Shown here piece by piece: positions 52,206 to 64,000 of a stretch of 64,000 bases of DNA. The notes beneath the pieces were generated by a model. That model worked only from the letters and a program-made list of their open reading frames with translations, was not told the DNA's origin and made no database searches. Both the position numbers and the translations under genes were made by a program. The DNA is from the human T2T-CHM13v2.0 reference genome, Homo sapiens, in assembly GCF_009914755.1 (NCBI RefSeq), contig NC_060926.1. One strand, given 5' to 3'. Every line of letters begins with the position of its first letter. The first letter of the stretch is position 1.

Positions 52206-55200
52206 TGCATCTTAAATGATTCTTTTACACTTACTGTCACTCTTAAAGTGGAGTTGAGAAACTGAGTATAAAATGTCTAAGATTATAAGGATCTTTGTGT
52301 TATTTAACTTATTTATCATTTTCATTATTTTAATCTCTTCATGGAAATTGTGGCTAAGGATTTCTAATATGAGCTCTAAAATTTTAGTATTATATTCTAG
52401 CTATTTGAATACAGTGAATCAATATTGTAGGCCTTTGGAAACGTTTTTAAAGTAAATATTACCTGAAAAAAACTAGTTTGTTGTAGGATTAAACTCTGTG
52501 TTCTGTTCTTATAACTTCATATATGGCATTTCTTGAAATGACTGAAGGAATTCTTGGATTTAAAGGTCATCTCGATTTCCCTAGGAAGTCATTTAGACAT
52601 TATAAATGATGGTTTATTCAGAAGAAGGAAGATGAGAGATGGAGATTTCCTGTCAGTGCAAGGATATTGGAGGACAGACTTCAACATATTATTTATATAT
52701 ATTAGTATCTTATCCAGTTCAGCTCAAGGCAGATAATAGGTGATGTTTTGGTGCTGTGTGTATAGGTTCTAGTAGATTAACAAGTTATTCAGCCTTATGG
52801 CTGTGTTTTCAGATTTGAATCAGTTAATATTTGTAGAACATCCGTGAGATAAAAAGATCAAGATGAAGGCAAAAAAATGACACAAGAGCTCTGAATTCTT
52901 ACCTTTGAGGGGCGGCATACAATTTATTCAGGAAAATGACAAGTCAAAGATTCTACAAGTTTGACAATTAGCTACTAAAATAAATATTTTACACACACAT
53001 GCTAAGTGTGTGTAATTGAAGAGGGGTAAGGAGGGAAGAATATAGAGTATTTCTCTTAAGTAGACTAGGAAGAAAGATAGGACATTTGAGTTAGACTTTG
53101 GAAGTAGGAGAAACGAGATAATTGGCATAGAAATGTTGGCCATGAAGTGGTGAAAGCCATTGCCATGGAAAAAGAAGGCATAAAGGAGCCTGGCAAGAAA
53201 AGAAAAGATTCACTGGTGTGGAGGGAGAGGGAATGAGGACGTGGTCAGCCTTTTCTTGGGAATTTGAATTCGTATTCCAGGTAAAAGAATGCCAATGCAG
53301 TGCTTCTCAGTAGTTTTTAAGCCCATGCCTCCTTTAGATAAACATATATCTTTACCACTCCATCCTAAAACTCTGATTACCTTTCCTCCCCATAATATGT
53401 AGGTGATTATATTTCCTACGTATCTCCAGCCAAGATGATTTTGTTAAGCTTCACTCTCTATAGTATATATTGTAGAGAAAGGATTCCCCCCAAATGTAAA
53501 TTAGATGAGAATGTTGAGTTAAGTTAATAACTACATACATCCTGGGGACATTCTAACATGCCTGTGTGTGTATGTACTTCTTCATTTCTTCTCCATCCTT
53601 TGAAAATCACCAAGGCTAAGTGCCATAGCCAAAAGAATAAATGAGAAGGGTGAGGTTTCCTCTCCAGTGCACTTGATACTAATTGAAATTAGGGTCCACA
53701 GACTAGGAAATTTAGTGAAATGGGTGTATTAAAAGAACGAGGGTCTGGTCGAACAGTCTACTCTGAGAGGAAGAGGGGTATAAAATACAATATGAGGAAA
53801 AAAATCTGAAAGTACTGTTCGGAACTACGCTACTAAAATAGGCTGTATATACACTTTTTCCAGGTTTTTTGGACTTTGTATAGAAAATGAAGTGTTTTGT
53901 TTTAGCCATTTGAAGGATTATGTGTCTGCATGACATTTGGTGGAAGTATTTGATAAGTACAGGAAATAAAAGATGAGCTAATAAGAGAAAACAATCAGGA
54001 CTGGCAAATTAGATTTGGAGATGATTCATATAGAGATCATTATAATCGCAAAGGCAAATTATGTTTAGGAGGCTCTGTATAGAGAACAACTAGCCAAACC
54101 CTGAGGGAATGTTAATGGTAGTACGAGAGAAGCAAATATTAGGTTTCTGTCTGAGTATTCAGATGACCAGAAGGCAAATCACCAGGAAAATATATTTTAA
54201 AAGTTAAAATTAGGAATCTTTTTGGGGAGGAATTTATTTAGATTTAAAAACACATTTATTGAGGACCTACTGTGGTAAGTGCTGGGGTTGTAAGTATAAA
54301 TAGGATAGAGTCCCCTAAACCTCAAGAAGCTGACAAATATGGTAAGGAATAAAGAACTGAAGACAATTGGGGTGTAATGTGATGGGTGAGTGCCCAGTAA
54401 TTTACAAAATAATTATTTTCAAACTTAATTTCACCCAGGCAAGAAAAAGTAGTGCAAATATTTAGGGTAGGAGGGTGAGAAAGCAAAGAAGTCGCACAAA
54501 TATTGTGGTTTTATAGTAAATGTTGTCAAGGTGGAGACATATATGGATGATAGATCCTCAGGGATGTTTTATGGGTTTAATATATACAATGGAAATTCTT
54601 TAGAAAAGTATTTGAGGAGTTGTGCAGCTGTATTGCTGATATGAGACTTGTGGTTTCTTTTCCACATTTTATAACTATGAAGTAGTAGGCTGGGTCCTTG
54701 AATAAGTGTGTGTTCTTTGGTTTGCATGAATGGTATGTACTTTGAATTCTCAAAACAGAACTCCAGTTTATTTTCTCAGTAGTCCCAGTGAGAAAAGCTG
54801 TATTTCTTAAATATGGTCAGAAAGCACTTGACGGAGGAGTGTTTACTGTAGAAACCTGTGATTGTCTGCAGGTACCAGCATAAACATGTTCCCATTCCTC
54901 ATCCCGGGGGGGTAATCTCATTATTAAACCTATGCAACCTTCAAGTTAGCTTATTTTTAATGTTTGTTTCATATTTTAAAAGCAAGAAGTGAACACGGAA
55001 AAAAGTTTAACAATATGAAAGAACATATAATAAATGGTCAGCCCCAGATCCTCAGTGCCCCAGATCCTCAGCACCCCAGAGGCAAATACTGTTAACAGTT
55101 TCTAGTGGGTCTTTCATACAATAGATGTTTTTATTTTCATAGAGAGAATGGCTTTTATTTGACCTCTGGAATACAAAAAGGTAACTGTAGTTTCCTTGCA

Positions 55201-56981
55201 ATGCAGTTGGCAAATTATTTTTACCTTCTTTTTCCAAGCAGACTCTGAAACATGAGTTTTGAGGAGCAGGATTAAATACTCTGACCTAAGAGACACAGAT
55301 ATTTGGATTTTTATGTAGACATGTACTCACTGAAACTGAAATTTGGAGGAACTGGAATTAATAACATTTTCCCTCATGTAATTCATGGAATTTATTGCTT
55401 TGGCTCTAATTATGCATTTATGTTATATTCTGAATAATGCAAAGGAGAATATTGAAACATTTTAGGCCGTCAGAACACTTTTCCCGCTCTCAAGCTGTCT
55501 CCCTATTGTATTTGTGCTGAAATGCCAAGCTGCATGTGACAGTAGAAGAGTTGGCAGTATCTGTCTTAGAATAAGCTTTCACATGCAGCTTCAAACACCT
55601 TTGTGGTTTGGGTTATATTTTGACAGTTGCTAGGTAGCTTGAGTCAGAGAGTGCAGCTGTGCAATTTAAGATGTGTTTTCCTATCCTTTCCTCTAAAGAG
55701 AGCTAAAAAAATAAAACTATAATCAGATTTCTAAAGTGTTAAACGGGATAAAACTATTTAGAACCCATACTATAGAATGAAGTAGATGAATTCTGATAAA
55801 GCACATATATACTAAAGTATACCAGTGAATTTATTTCAGATGAAACTAGGTAGGCTCATTGTAAACAGATGAGCTTCTGAAATTTCTGAACTGTTTCATT
55901 GAAAGGTAAAACAATGGGTTTGGGAGCACCCACACTTCTTGGCACAGGTGAGTGGTTGGCACTCATTAACCACCGAATTCTGACACGAACATGCTGTTTA
56001 TGAAGAAAAATCAGGGAAGGAGACTAAGATTTCTGATAAGAAAGAGTAGAAGAAAAGGTAGAAATTCAACTTACTTGGTAAAATGGGAGTACGTCAGGAT
56101 TAGAAATGGGCTCTTACACAACGAGAAATAAAGATAGCTTTTTCATAGGCTTCCTATTCTGAGAGTTTTTCTTGTTGATTTGTAGAGTGTAAATGTACTT
56201 CTTCCTGAAGACAAGAACTAGGCCGAGGTAGTTTGATGTAAATGTGGGGACTCATTTGTTATGAACCCATAGTAGACTGCTGTGGGAAAACATTGTGAAC
56301 AAAAGAAGGAGTCAAAAAATAAACAAAACATTTTGTGGCAAGTTATCTAAGACAGATCCTGGAGAAGGGCTGATTGAGAAGGTAAACTAGAACAAACGGC
56401 TTTAAAAATAATAGACAAGGTCAAAATATTTCTGGGCAAGAAGGACAATCAAACCACTTGCAGGTGTTGTGTTGCTGCCTAGAGACTGGTTTGGCCTGAC
56501 CCAAGTGATGGTGTCTGGAGCCAAACCTTTTATCAGGAGAAATATAGGACCACAGAGATGAGACAAGTACTACCAGTCCTGGGGAAGTAAAGAGACGGAA
56601 AATTCCTTTCTTTAACTAGAGGGAATGGACCCTGCAGTCAACCTGTGTACTTGCAGAGCTATATGTCTTTGGTATTCTGATATACTTCACAAAGTATATT
56701 TTATGCCCTAGGTGCTAAGTGAATTGACAATGAAGACTTGGTATTGAGGGAATTAAAGGGCAGGTGGGGTTCTGTTCCCAAGGCTACAGTCCATAGAATA
56801 TTGGCAAGGTGGAGACAACATGACATACCATCTTCCCTGCCTTCTTTAATCCCTGGGTGGATGGTAGCAGGCAAGAGAGTAATAAATGCAAGGAACAGTA
56901 GGTTTGCAGTACCCTTGGTATTCTGTCATATGTGTAATTGAAAGCCACAACAAAATAGCAATAGAAAAGAAAATATTAGTG

Positions 56982-57122
56982 AGGCGGCTCATGCCTGTAA
57001 TCTCAGCACTTTGGGAGGCTGAGGTGGGAGGATTGCTTGAGGCCAGGAGTTTGAGACCAGCCTGGGCAACGTAGAGAGACCCCATCTCTACAAAATAACA
57101 AAAAATTAGCAAAAGAAAAAAG
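56982..57122 (+). mobile_element. Alu left monomer (FLAM_C-like)
   Basis: ggctcatgcctgtaatctcagcactttgggaggctgagg...ccccatctctacaaaa followed by an A-rich end. Confidence 0.82.
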
Positions 57123-57705
57123 GCTTTTTTGTGTGTGCGTGCATGTGTGTGTTTGTGGGAAGTCTTAATTTTTGCCTTGAATTTTAAAGGAAGATTTAAA
57201 TGATTAAAGTAATGATTAAAGTAATTGTGAGATGTGCAGATGACATAGAATAATGGAAATTAAAAAATAAATATTTATTGCCTTTTCTCCCCTGCTTACA
57301 AAAGCAGTACAGCTTAATGCAAGAAATTTGGAGAAATGTAAAAGGAGAATGGCATTTAAAAATAACCTTAAAATGTTTTTTTTCTTGAAATATTCAATGG
57401 TGGTGGTGGGTAGAGAGTGAGAGGAAGAAGCTCCTCATAGACTTTGAGAAAATCAAGAGGTTTTAAAGAGCAATAAAAGGAACTGAGCACATCTCCTTTA
57501 GGATCTGTAGAACTGGCCTTAAATCAATACAGAAATGTCTAGCAAGAGGCAATCTCTCTGGGGAGATTATTAAAGTGAGAGTAGATTATCATTTGAGTGA
57601 CTGGTTCAGGTTCTCTGAGGTGCTCTTGAAGTACCACTGACTGTTGAAGCATGTATCTGAAATTTCCTTTTAACACAAGTTTTCAGTGATTCTCTTAGAG
57701 GTTAA

Positions 57706-57738
57706 ACACACAGACACACAGACACACAGACACACACA

Positions 57739-57783
<45 letters not shown>
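57706..57783. repeat. Compound (CACACAGA)n/(CA)n microsatellite
   Basis: Read directly: interrupted units followed by ~20 pure CA units. Confidence 0.95.
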
Positions 57784-57785
<2 letters not shown>

Positions 57786-58423
57786 CTGCAGCCAGGAAGC
57801 CTGGCTCAGTCACCAGGTAGTGGTATGCCCTTGGGCAGGTGATTTAACCTTTCCAAGGTTTAGCAATTTCCTCATTAGTACTGCGACAGGATTGAATCAG
57901 ATTTTCTCCAAGGTTTCTACCTGCTCTAACTGTTTTGTTTTAAGGAATTGATCTCATTTTCTCTTCCTGTCTGTCTCACCCCACCATTTCCCCTTGTCCC
58001 AAGGTAATTAAGCCATTTCCAGTTCAGACAGTGAGCTAAGTGCTTTTTGGAACATACGAACTCAAGGAATGCACGTTTTTGTCAATTATTTGAGAAAGTG
58101 TGAATCCTGCATGGAGTTTAGAATATATGATTGTCAGAATTGTCTTGATAAATATGGTGTGTGTGTGTTTGTGTGAAATAGAGAATGCATGTAGGAATAA
58201 ACGAGCAAGCTTATAATTTTTAGTAATATTTGGAATGAGAAAAATTAGGAGGGTTCAGTACTTGATAAGAAGGTGGGTTTCATAAGTAGAATAAACCCGA
58301 AGGCCATATACATATCAGGAGAGTTACTTTATGGCTTATATGTTTTTTCCCTTCCAGTATTATAGAAGACAGGTTATATTGTCTGTACAACAACTACACC
58401 TACCTACTTCAGGTGTTCATCTT

Positions 58424-58937
58424 TGGAGTGGGGACCTACGGGAATCCCTGAGTTGGTATAAAGTTTATTTCAAGCTGGAGACATTTGAGATTCAAGAACA
58501 CATATTGGAGCTTCCCTTATCTGACTAAAAGCAGCAACTTGTGGGAAATGAGGCTACCATAAATCCTCTCTCCAGGAGAGTTTCATGGCCATGAAGAAGA
58601 CAGAAAGACCACTTGCACCTCCATAAACAAACATTATCACAAACTTTCTTATATACCGTTTGCTCTCCTAAAAATTGATTTGCCTTTCCTAAGGAAGCCT
58701 ACCTGTTTTTCCCATAGGAGCTTCCTCCCCTTTCCCCACAAAGTTAGGTATATAAGTCTCATATTCTAACCACCCCTTTGAGTTAGTCATCACTGGGCAC
58801 TCCCACATGTGTGTGCATTGCACGTGTAAATAAACTCCTTCTTTTCTCTTGCTATTTTATTTTCTGTCAGTTTAATTCACATACCTCCAGGAAATAAACC
58901 TAAGAGAGCAGCGGAAAAACTTTTTTCCTCCCTGACA
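58424..58937 (+). mobile_element. ERV1 solo LTR, MER34-group-like
   Basis: TG...CA ends, ~515 bp. Motifs ttttcaagctggagacatttgaga and cttatctgactaaaagcag; TATATAA 58749-58755; AATAAA 58829-58834; terminal ttttttcctccctgaca. Confidence 0.7.
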
Positions 58938-60559
58938 TCTGTTTTATGTAAGTGCAGTTTTTGTAAACATGAAGATAGGATTTCCGGAAACTTCAGACTT
59001 TGGGAGCAGTTCTACATACATAGAAAAAATACAACAAAACAGTCAGTACAGATGCATTTTAGTAATTACGTAGCTTATCAAGTAATAATCAATCTAGAAT
59101 CTGAAGAGTTTTTTCTATTGCACAGTGATAGAAGTATTGATTAGCTATCTGTCTGGAATAAAAGCAGTGCTCTGATTGGCTGCAGTGGTCTTTATTTGAA
59201 GAAGCATATGAAGCTATTGGTGTTTATGGCAAGGCATGCTGCCTGAGCCGCTATAAGAAGAAAGACTTTCCCAATGACACCTAAAATCTGGGTACAAGTG
59301 ATAAGAAAGAGAAGAGACAGGAACTGGGGAAAGTAGTGAAAAGCAGTAGAGACAGTGGGGGAGAAAAGACATTGGCTCCAGGGGGAGCAATTTCACTTCT
59401 CTTACCCCTCACCTGCAGGTCCTGGTATGGAAATAGGCATGTTAGAGGAGACCAGGAGGACAAGAAGGTCTAGCCTTGGACAAAGTTCAAGGGGCCTTTA
59501 GACCCCAACAAGATGAAATAGAAGAAGTACTGGCACCTGGCCCCATTCCCCTGACTCCACCTCACCCAAACCCTGATGATTATATATTAAGATTGCATTT
59601 CTGTACCAATGTGAGGCCACAAGATAGATGGCTCATGGCTGGGCATTTGGATTTGCTGTTGGTAGTAAAAGGTCAATGTAGAACAATTTCCAAATAGCTC
59701 TCCTCTCATATATGAATAAGGATGGTTGGCATTTGATTTTGCTATGTATTTTAAAGCTGCAGCAAATGCAGTGAATGAATTCAGCGACAGCTTTGGCCAT
59801 GTTTTTGATGTACCGGGTGGTGATAGTTGGAGGTAGGAGGGACTTAATAGCATGTGGAATGAGGGCAAAAATATCATTCAAGGCAACGTGCCTTTCAATT
59901 CCTGGCACCTCCTGTTGCACAGCTGCAATGTGGTAGGGTGGGGGAGGGAGCAGGGAGGATGGTGGGGAGATGGCACTGCTGTGTGCTGCAGCCTGCCCTG
60001 GCCAGCCAAACTCTTGACAAGGCAGCTGGAGAGTACTGATCCTGGCTCTAGATTGTCATCTGATTACACATTGTTTTACCAACTTCATGACTGTTATCTG
60101 TTTGCTACAGCTTGTAAAAAAATCTCTATGCTTGGAATGGCATGGTAGTGATTAAAAAGAGATAGGAAGCACTTAATATGCTCATTCATTTGCATTTATT
60201 GTAGATTAAAGGAGGAGATGAAGGTGTGTAACTATCTTTTACTATTGCTCTCAGGATTAATATATCATATTGCTTCTGTCATTTAACATTTTTATACCGA
60301 TGGATTTTTCTTCAATGTTCATATATGTATAGAAATGTTGATAGATGCCAGTCACTGCTAATTAATGTTATAATTCTAAGATGCTGGCGGGTTGTAGGTA
60401 GCTTTGGCCAAGGTCCCTTCTTTAAACCTCTCCTATTTTGGGCCTGAGGGTGAAACTAGTCACTCCTTTTAGAAAACAGAGCTAGACTTGAATCCCAGAG
60501 CAGCCACTAGGATATCTATATACATCTATAATATGTATCTATGTCTGTCTATCTGTATA

Positions 60560-61160
60560 AATTTTGTTTTATTATGGTAAATATATTTAACATAAAATTA
60601 ACTATTTTAGCCATTTTTAAGCATTAAGTACATTCACATTGTTCTGCAACCATTACCATCCATCTCCAGAACTTTTTCATCTTCCCCAATTGAAATTCTA
60701 TAGCCATGAAACATAAACTCCCCATTTTCTCCTTTCTCCACTCCCTGGTGGCCACTATTCTGCTTTCTGTCTTTATGAATTTGACTCTTTTATGTACCTC
60801 ATATAAATGGAATCGTACAATATTTGTCCTTTTATGACTAGCTTATTTCACTTAGCATAATGTCTTTAAGGCTCATTCGTGTGGTAGCAGGTATCAGAAT
60901 TTCCTTCCTTTTAAATTCTGAATAATATTCCATTGTAGGTATGTACCATATTTTGTTTATCCATTCGTCTAATGATGGACCCTTGTGTTGCTTCCACCTT
61001 TTAGCTATTGAGAATAATGCTGATATGAACACAGGTGTGCAAATATCTGTTTGAGTTCCTGCTTTCAGTTTTTTGGGTATATTCCCCGGAAGTGGGATTG
61101 CTGGATCGATCATATGGTAATTCTAGCTTTAATTTTTTGAGGAACTGTGATATCATTTCC
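60560..61160 (-). mobile_element. L1MB-like 3' end
   Basis: ORF 60838-61113 (-) resembles the L1 ORF2 C-terminus (DPAIPLPG...PKKLK...FISALFSIAKRWKQ). Confidence 0.85.
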
Positions 61161-61664
61161 TAGGACAAACTTTAATTTCTCTGTGCCTCACCTTCCTTAT
61201 TTGTGAAACAGGAATAATCATCCTTAACTGGAAGAGGGCTATCAGGGTTAGAGATAATGTAGTTAAAGTGCCAGCATTTCTTGCCTCTAGAGCCAGTAGC
61301 AACAAAACGTGTAGTTTCTGCCTAAATCTTGCTATTTCTCACTGCCTCTGCTCTTGCTGTCTCTCTGTTTGTAATGGCCTTTCTTACCTGACTCCCTCCT
61401 ATGCATCCTGTAAGACTTGTTCAAGGGCTGCCTTCTCTAGGAAGTTGTCCCTGTTTCTACCCAAGCTATATTGCCCCATTTTATGCTTTTATGGCACCTC
61501 TATCATTGTACCTGCCACACTGAATAGGGATTATCTCTTCATTCTTCCATCTCCTGTTTGTAGACTAATTTAATATGTACTGAAATATCTAATATGTGGT
61601 CAGTGCTGGGGATTCAGTGGTAGCAGACACTTATAGGATCTATCTGCAGGGGGCTTCATCTGGA

Positions 61665-61800
61665 CCAGTTCCTCAGGGTGTGTTCCTAAAGACCACCTCA
61701 CCTGCATCAGAATCCTTGGAAGCTTTGGGGACCCATGCTGGGTCTGAGAATCTGAATTTTAACATTCCCCTTGGGTGATTCTTACGCACATTATTAGCTT
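61665..61800. mobile_element. MER5-like hAT-Charlie fragment
   Basis: accagttcctcagggtgtg...ctgcatcagaatc...gaatctgaattttaaca...gggtgattcttacgcaca. Confidence 0.6.
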
Positions 61801-64000
61801 GTGAGTTCAGAGGTTCCGTGAGGGCAGGCCCTGTGTCACTTCAACACTGCATCCTTGGCCCTGAGTGCAATTTCTGGCACAAAACAGTTACACAAAAGTA
61901 TTTGTTGTAGAAGGAGGGTACTCTGAATTGAAATGGGGCTGGAATTTAGGAGTGACCAGCAATAGTATGAGGTTAAGATTAACTCTACCTTTTCCCAACA
62001 AGTGGAATACCAAGCCAATTCAAACATAAATCTAAACATATATTGATTTCTTACTGAGTGAGGCTTCTCTCTGCCTCAGCCTCATCTCTAGGAGATTTCC
62101 TAAAGGAAGGAAATGGACCCATTTTCGTCTTAAATTACATTACATTGTTGACTAGTTGAGAGTCTTCATGCTTCTTTAGTTTCCAGCAAAAAAAAATCTT
62201 CAAATGAGTTTTTATTAAGCATTATAATGTTTGCAAAGGTATATAGTGCAAGAATTTGAAATAAAGTTTTCTGGATGCCATAATTTATGTTAACATTTAT
62301 TTATAAAGAAATACATACATAATATTATAAAATTTTGTGTACAAGGACTCCACTTGTGTATCTGTATACTAGGGCTATATTTTTTGTTGAAGTGTAATGA
62401 GGTAAGTTTATTTTTAAGCATTTGTGTAAGGAGAAAAGGAGGGAAGATACAAATTACTTAAGGGCCTGAAATTACTAGCACTCAGGAGTTGCCTGAATTA
62501 ATTATGGAGGGTCTCAGTTGGATGGCTTGTCACTTTTTTTGGTACTGTAATGCCATGCTTTCCCCTCCCCCATGCTTTTGCTTTTTGGTTTAAAGCTTAA
62601 GCTAAATATTATTCTGAAAATTACATGTTTAAAATAAAGACAGAATTTTTACAGCTTGTCCTGTGGTCATTGTGAATATTCTTTTGGATAACTGAAATGG
62701 TCAGTCACTAGGATAAAGATCCTTGTGTTAGTTGAGGCCCTCTTTTGGCTAATATTCTGGGAGCAAGTAACTTAATAAAGCTCATAAATATTCAAGTCAG
62801 TATACGGATTTCCTCATTTAGTTTAAGGAAACTGGGGAAAGAATTTTGTTAAACTGAGAGGTGGGCTAAGGGAATAAACTGTTCCTTGCATCCGTGTTTG
62901 TGACTGGCACCTGACATTAGTTTCCTCTCAGCTTACATGCTTGCCCATTCTACTGTAAGTAAATCCCACTCTTCATTTTAGCTTTGCCCTTTTTCCTGGC
63001 ACACTGCTATTTTTTTTCAGAGCTGAAGCCGCTTAATCCCCACATGTGGATTCTGCCCTGGTTTAGGTTTTTCTACCAGTCCTGTTCTTAGTGACTTAAT
63101 CTGGTCATTCACAACAAATCAATCTTTGGTTGGTTTTGCTATGCCTTTGTCTGATTCTATTAATAAGCCTTTTTCTTGTTCCTTGTGACCAAAATTCTGC
63201 ACTATCACTTTCTTTCCACCTTTTCTGATAGCCCAGCTAGTCTGGTCCTGGGCTCCTGCTTGGATTCTACAGGCTTCTCCAGAACAATCTAGTTGGCTGG
63301 GTTTTAATTTATCTGCTTCCATGTCTTTCTATAATTCCAAGAGCCTAGTTACTTACACCTCTAGCTAACTTTACTCCTTGCCTAATGTAGGTTTGCCAAC
63401 TTGATGTCCTTCACTTGTTCCACATCACTTCTCCACTTGGGTTAGTCTTTGTGCCTAGCCTTCTTTAACGGGGCCCATCCTGCTTCACCTGAATCCTGAT
63501 TCAGATGACCAAAGACCAATTCAGTGGCTAAATTGTTAATGTCTATGCTTTTAATTCACTACAGGAGAAACATCCTGGTTAACCTCTGCTTCTCAGTCAG
63601 TTGTTCAAATGTGCCATTGGAGCACCATAAAATATGTCACTTCAGAATGTTACTCAGTAAGGGCACCTGTTTTAGCTTGGTCACCTCCTTTGAACCTAAA
63701 ACAGAGGCCAGCCATATCTACAGCAAGTGTCCCCACCAAATTTTGTCTCACTGCATAAGCTTTACTTTCTAAGGTGATTTTGAATGGAACTTTAAGAACA
63801 TATCAGACAATTTTGAGTTACTTGTCTTGCTGTGCTTTTTATTTTATTGGTCTTAGAGGAAACACACATATGCATAATATTTTGTTTCCCAATTTAGGGA
63901 GTTCATGGACTACTTAGAGGTCCAGCCCCGTAGGTCATAGTGACACTGTGATGGAACGTTTACTTCCTTTTTATAGTTGTCATATCCAACCATGCTTATT

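Noticed and set aside
57706-57783. Repeat arrays as CRISPR-like or other prokaryotic systems
   Set aside because: Only simple microsatellites are present. There is no repeat-spacer structure or operon, and the DNA is clearly primate.
59375-59388. Second CTCF-like motif GCTCCAGGGGGAGC
   Set aside because: More mismatches in the 5' core than the 21099 site; not supportable from sequence alone.

Overview
Human genomic DNA covering the upstream region, CpG-island promoter, exon 1 and the first ~51 kb of intron 1 of PLCL1 (PRIP-1, inactive phospholipase C-like 1) on the + strand. I recognised the gene from memory of its N-terminus (MAEGAAGREDPAPPDAAGGEDD...RRSSIIK), not from a database search. 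The rest is mostly interspersed repeats: a two-LTR THE1 element, a near full-length Tigger1, a 5'-truncated L1PA, old L1M/L2/MIR/MLT pieces, Alus/FLAMs, MER1B, MER53 and a MER34-like solo LTR. A young AluYa5 supports a human origin. I found no new multi-gene system. The best leads are: (1) the only upstream AUG in the leader opens a 23-codon uORF that reads the (GCC)10 repeat as polyalanine; (2) a 58-nt candidate exon that is a poison exon in the exon-1 frame but carries its own phase-0 AUG (MKNKLQ); (3) a ~243-bp non-repeat segment copied ~0.9 kb downstream; (4) an AluYa5 inserted next to an inverted AluJ; (5) a tail-less Alu inside L1 ORF2. Repeat subfamily names come from recalled consensus sequences and old-repeat boundaries are approximate.
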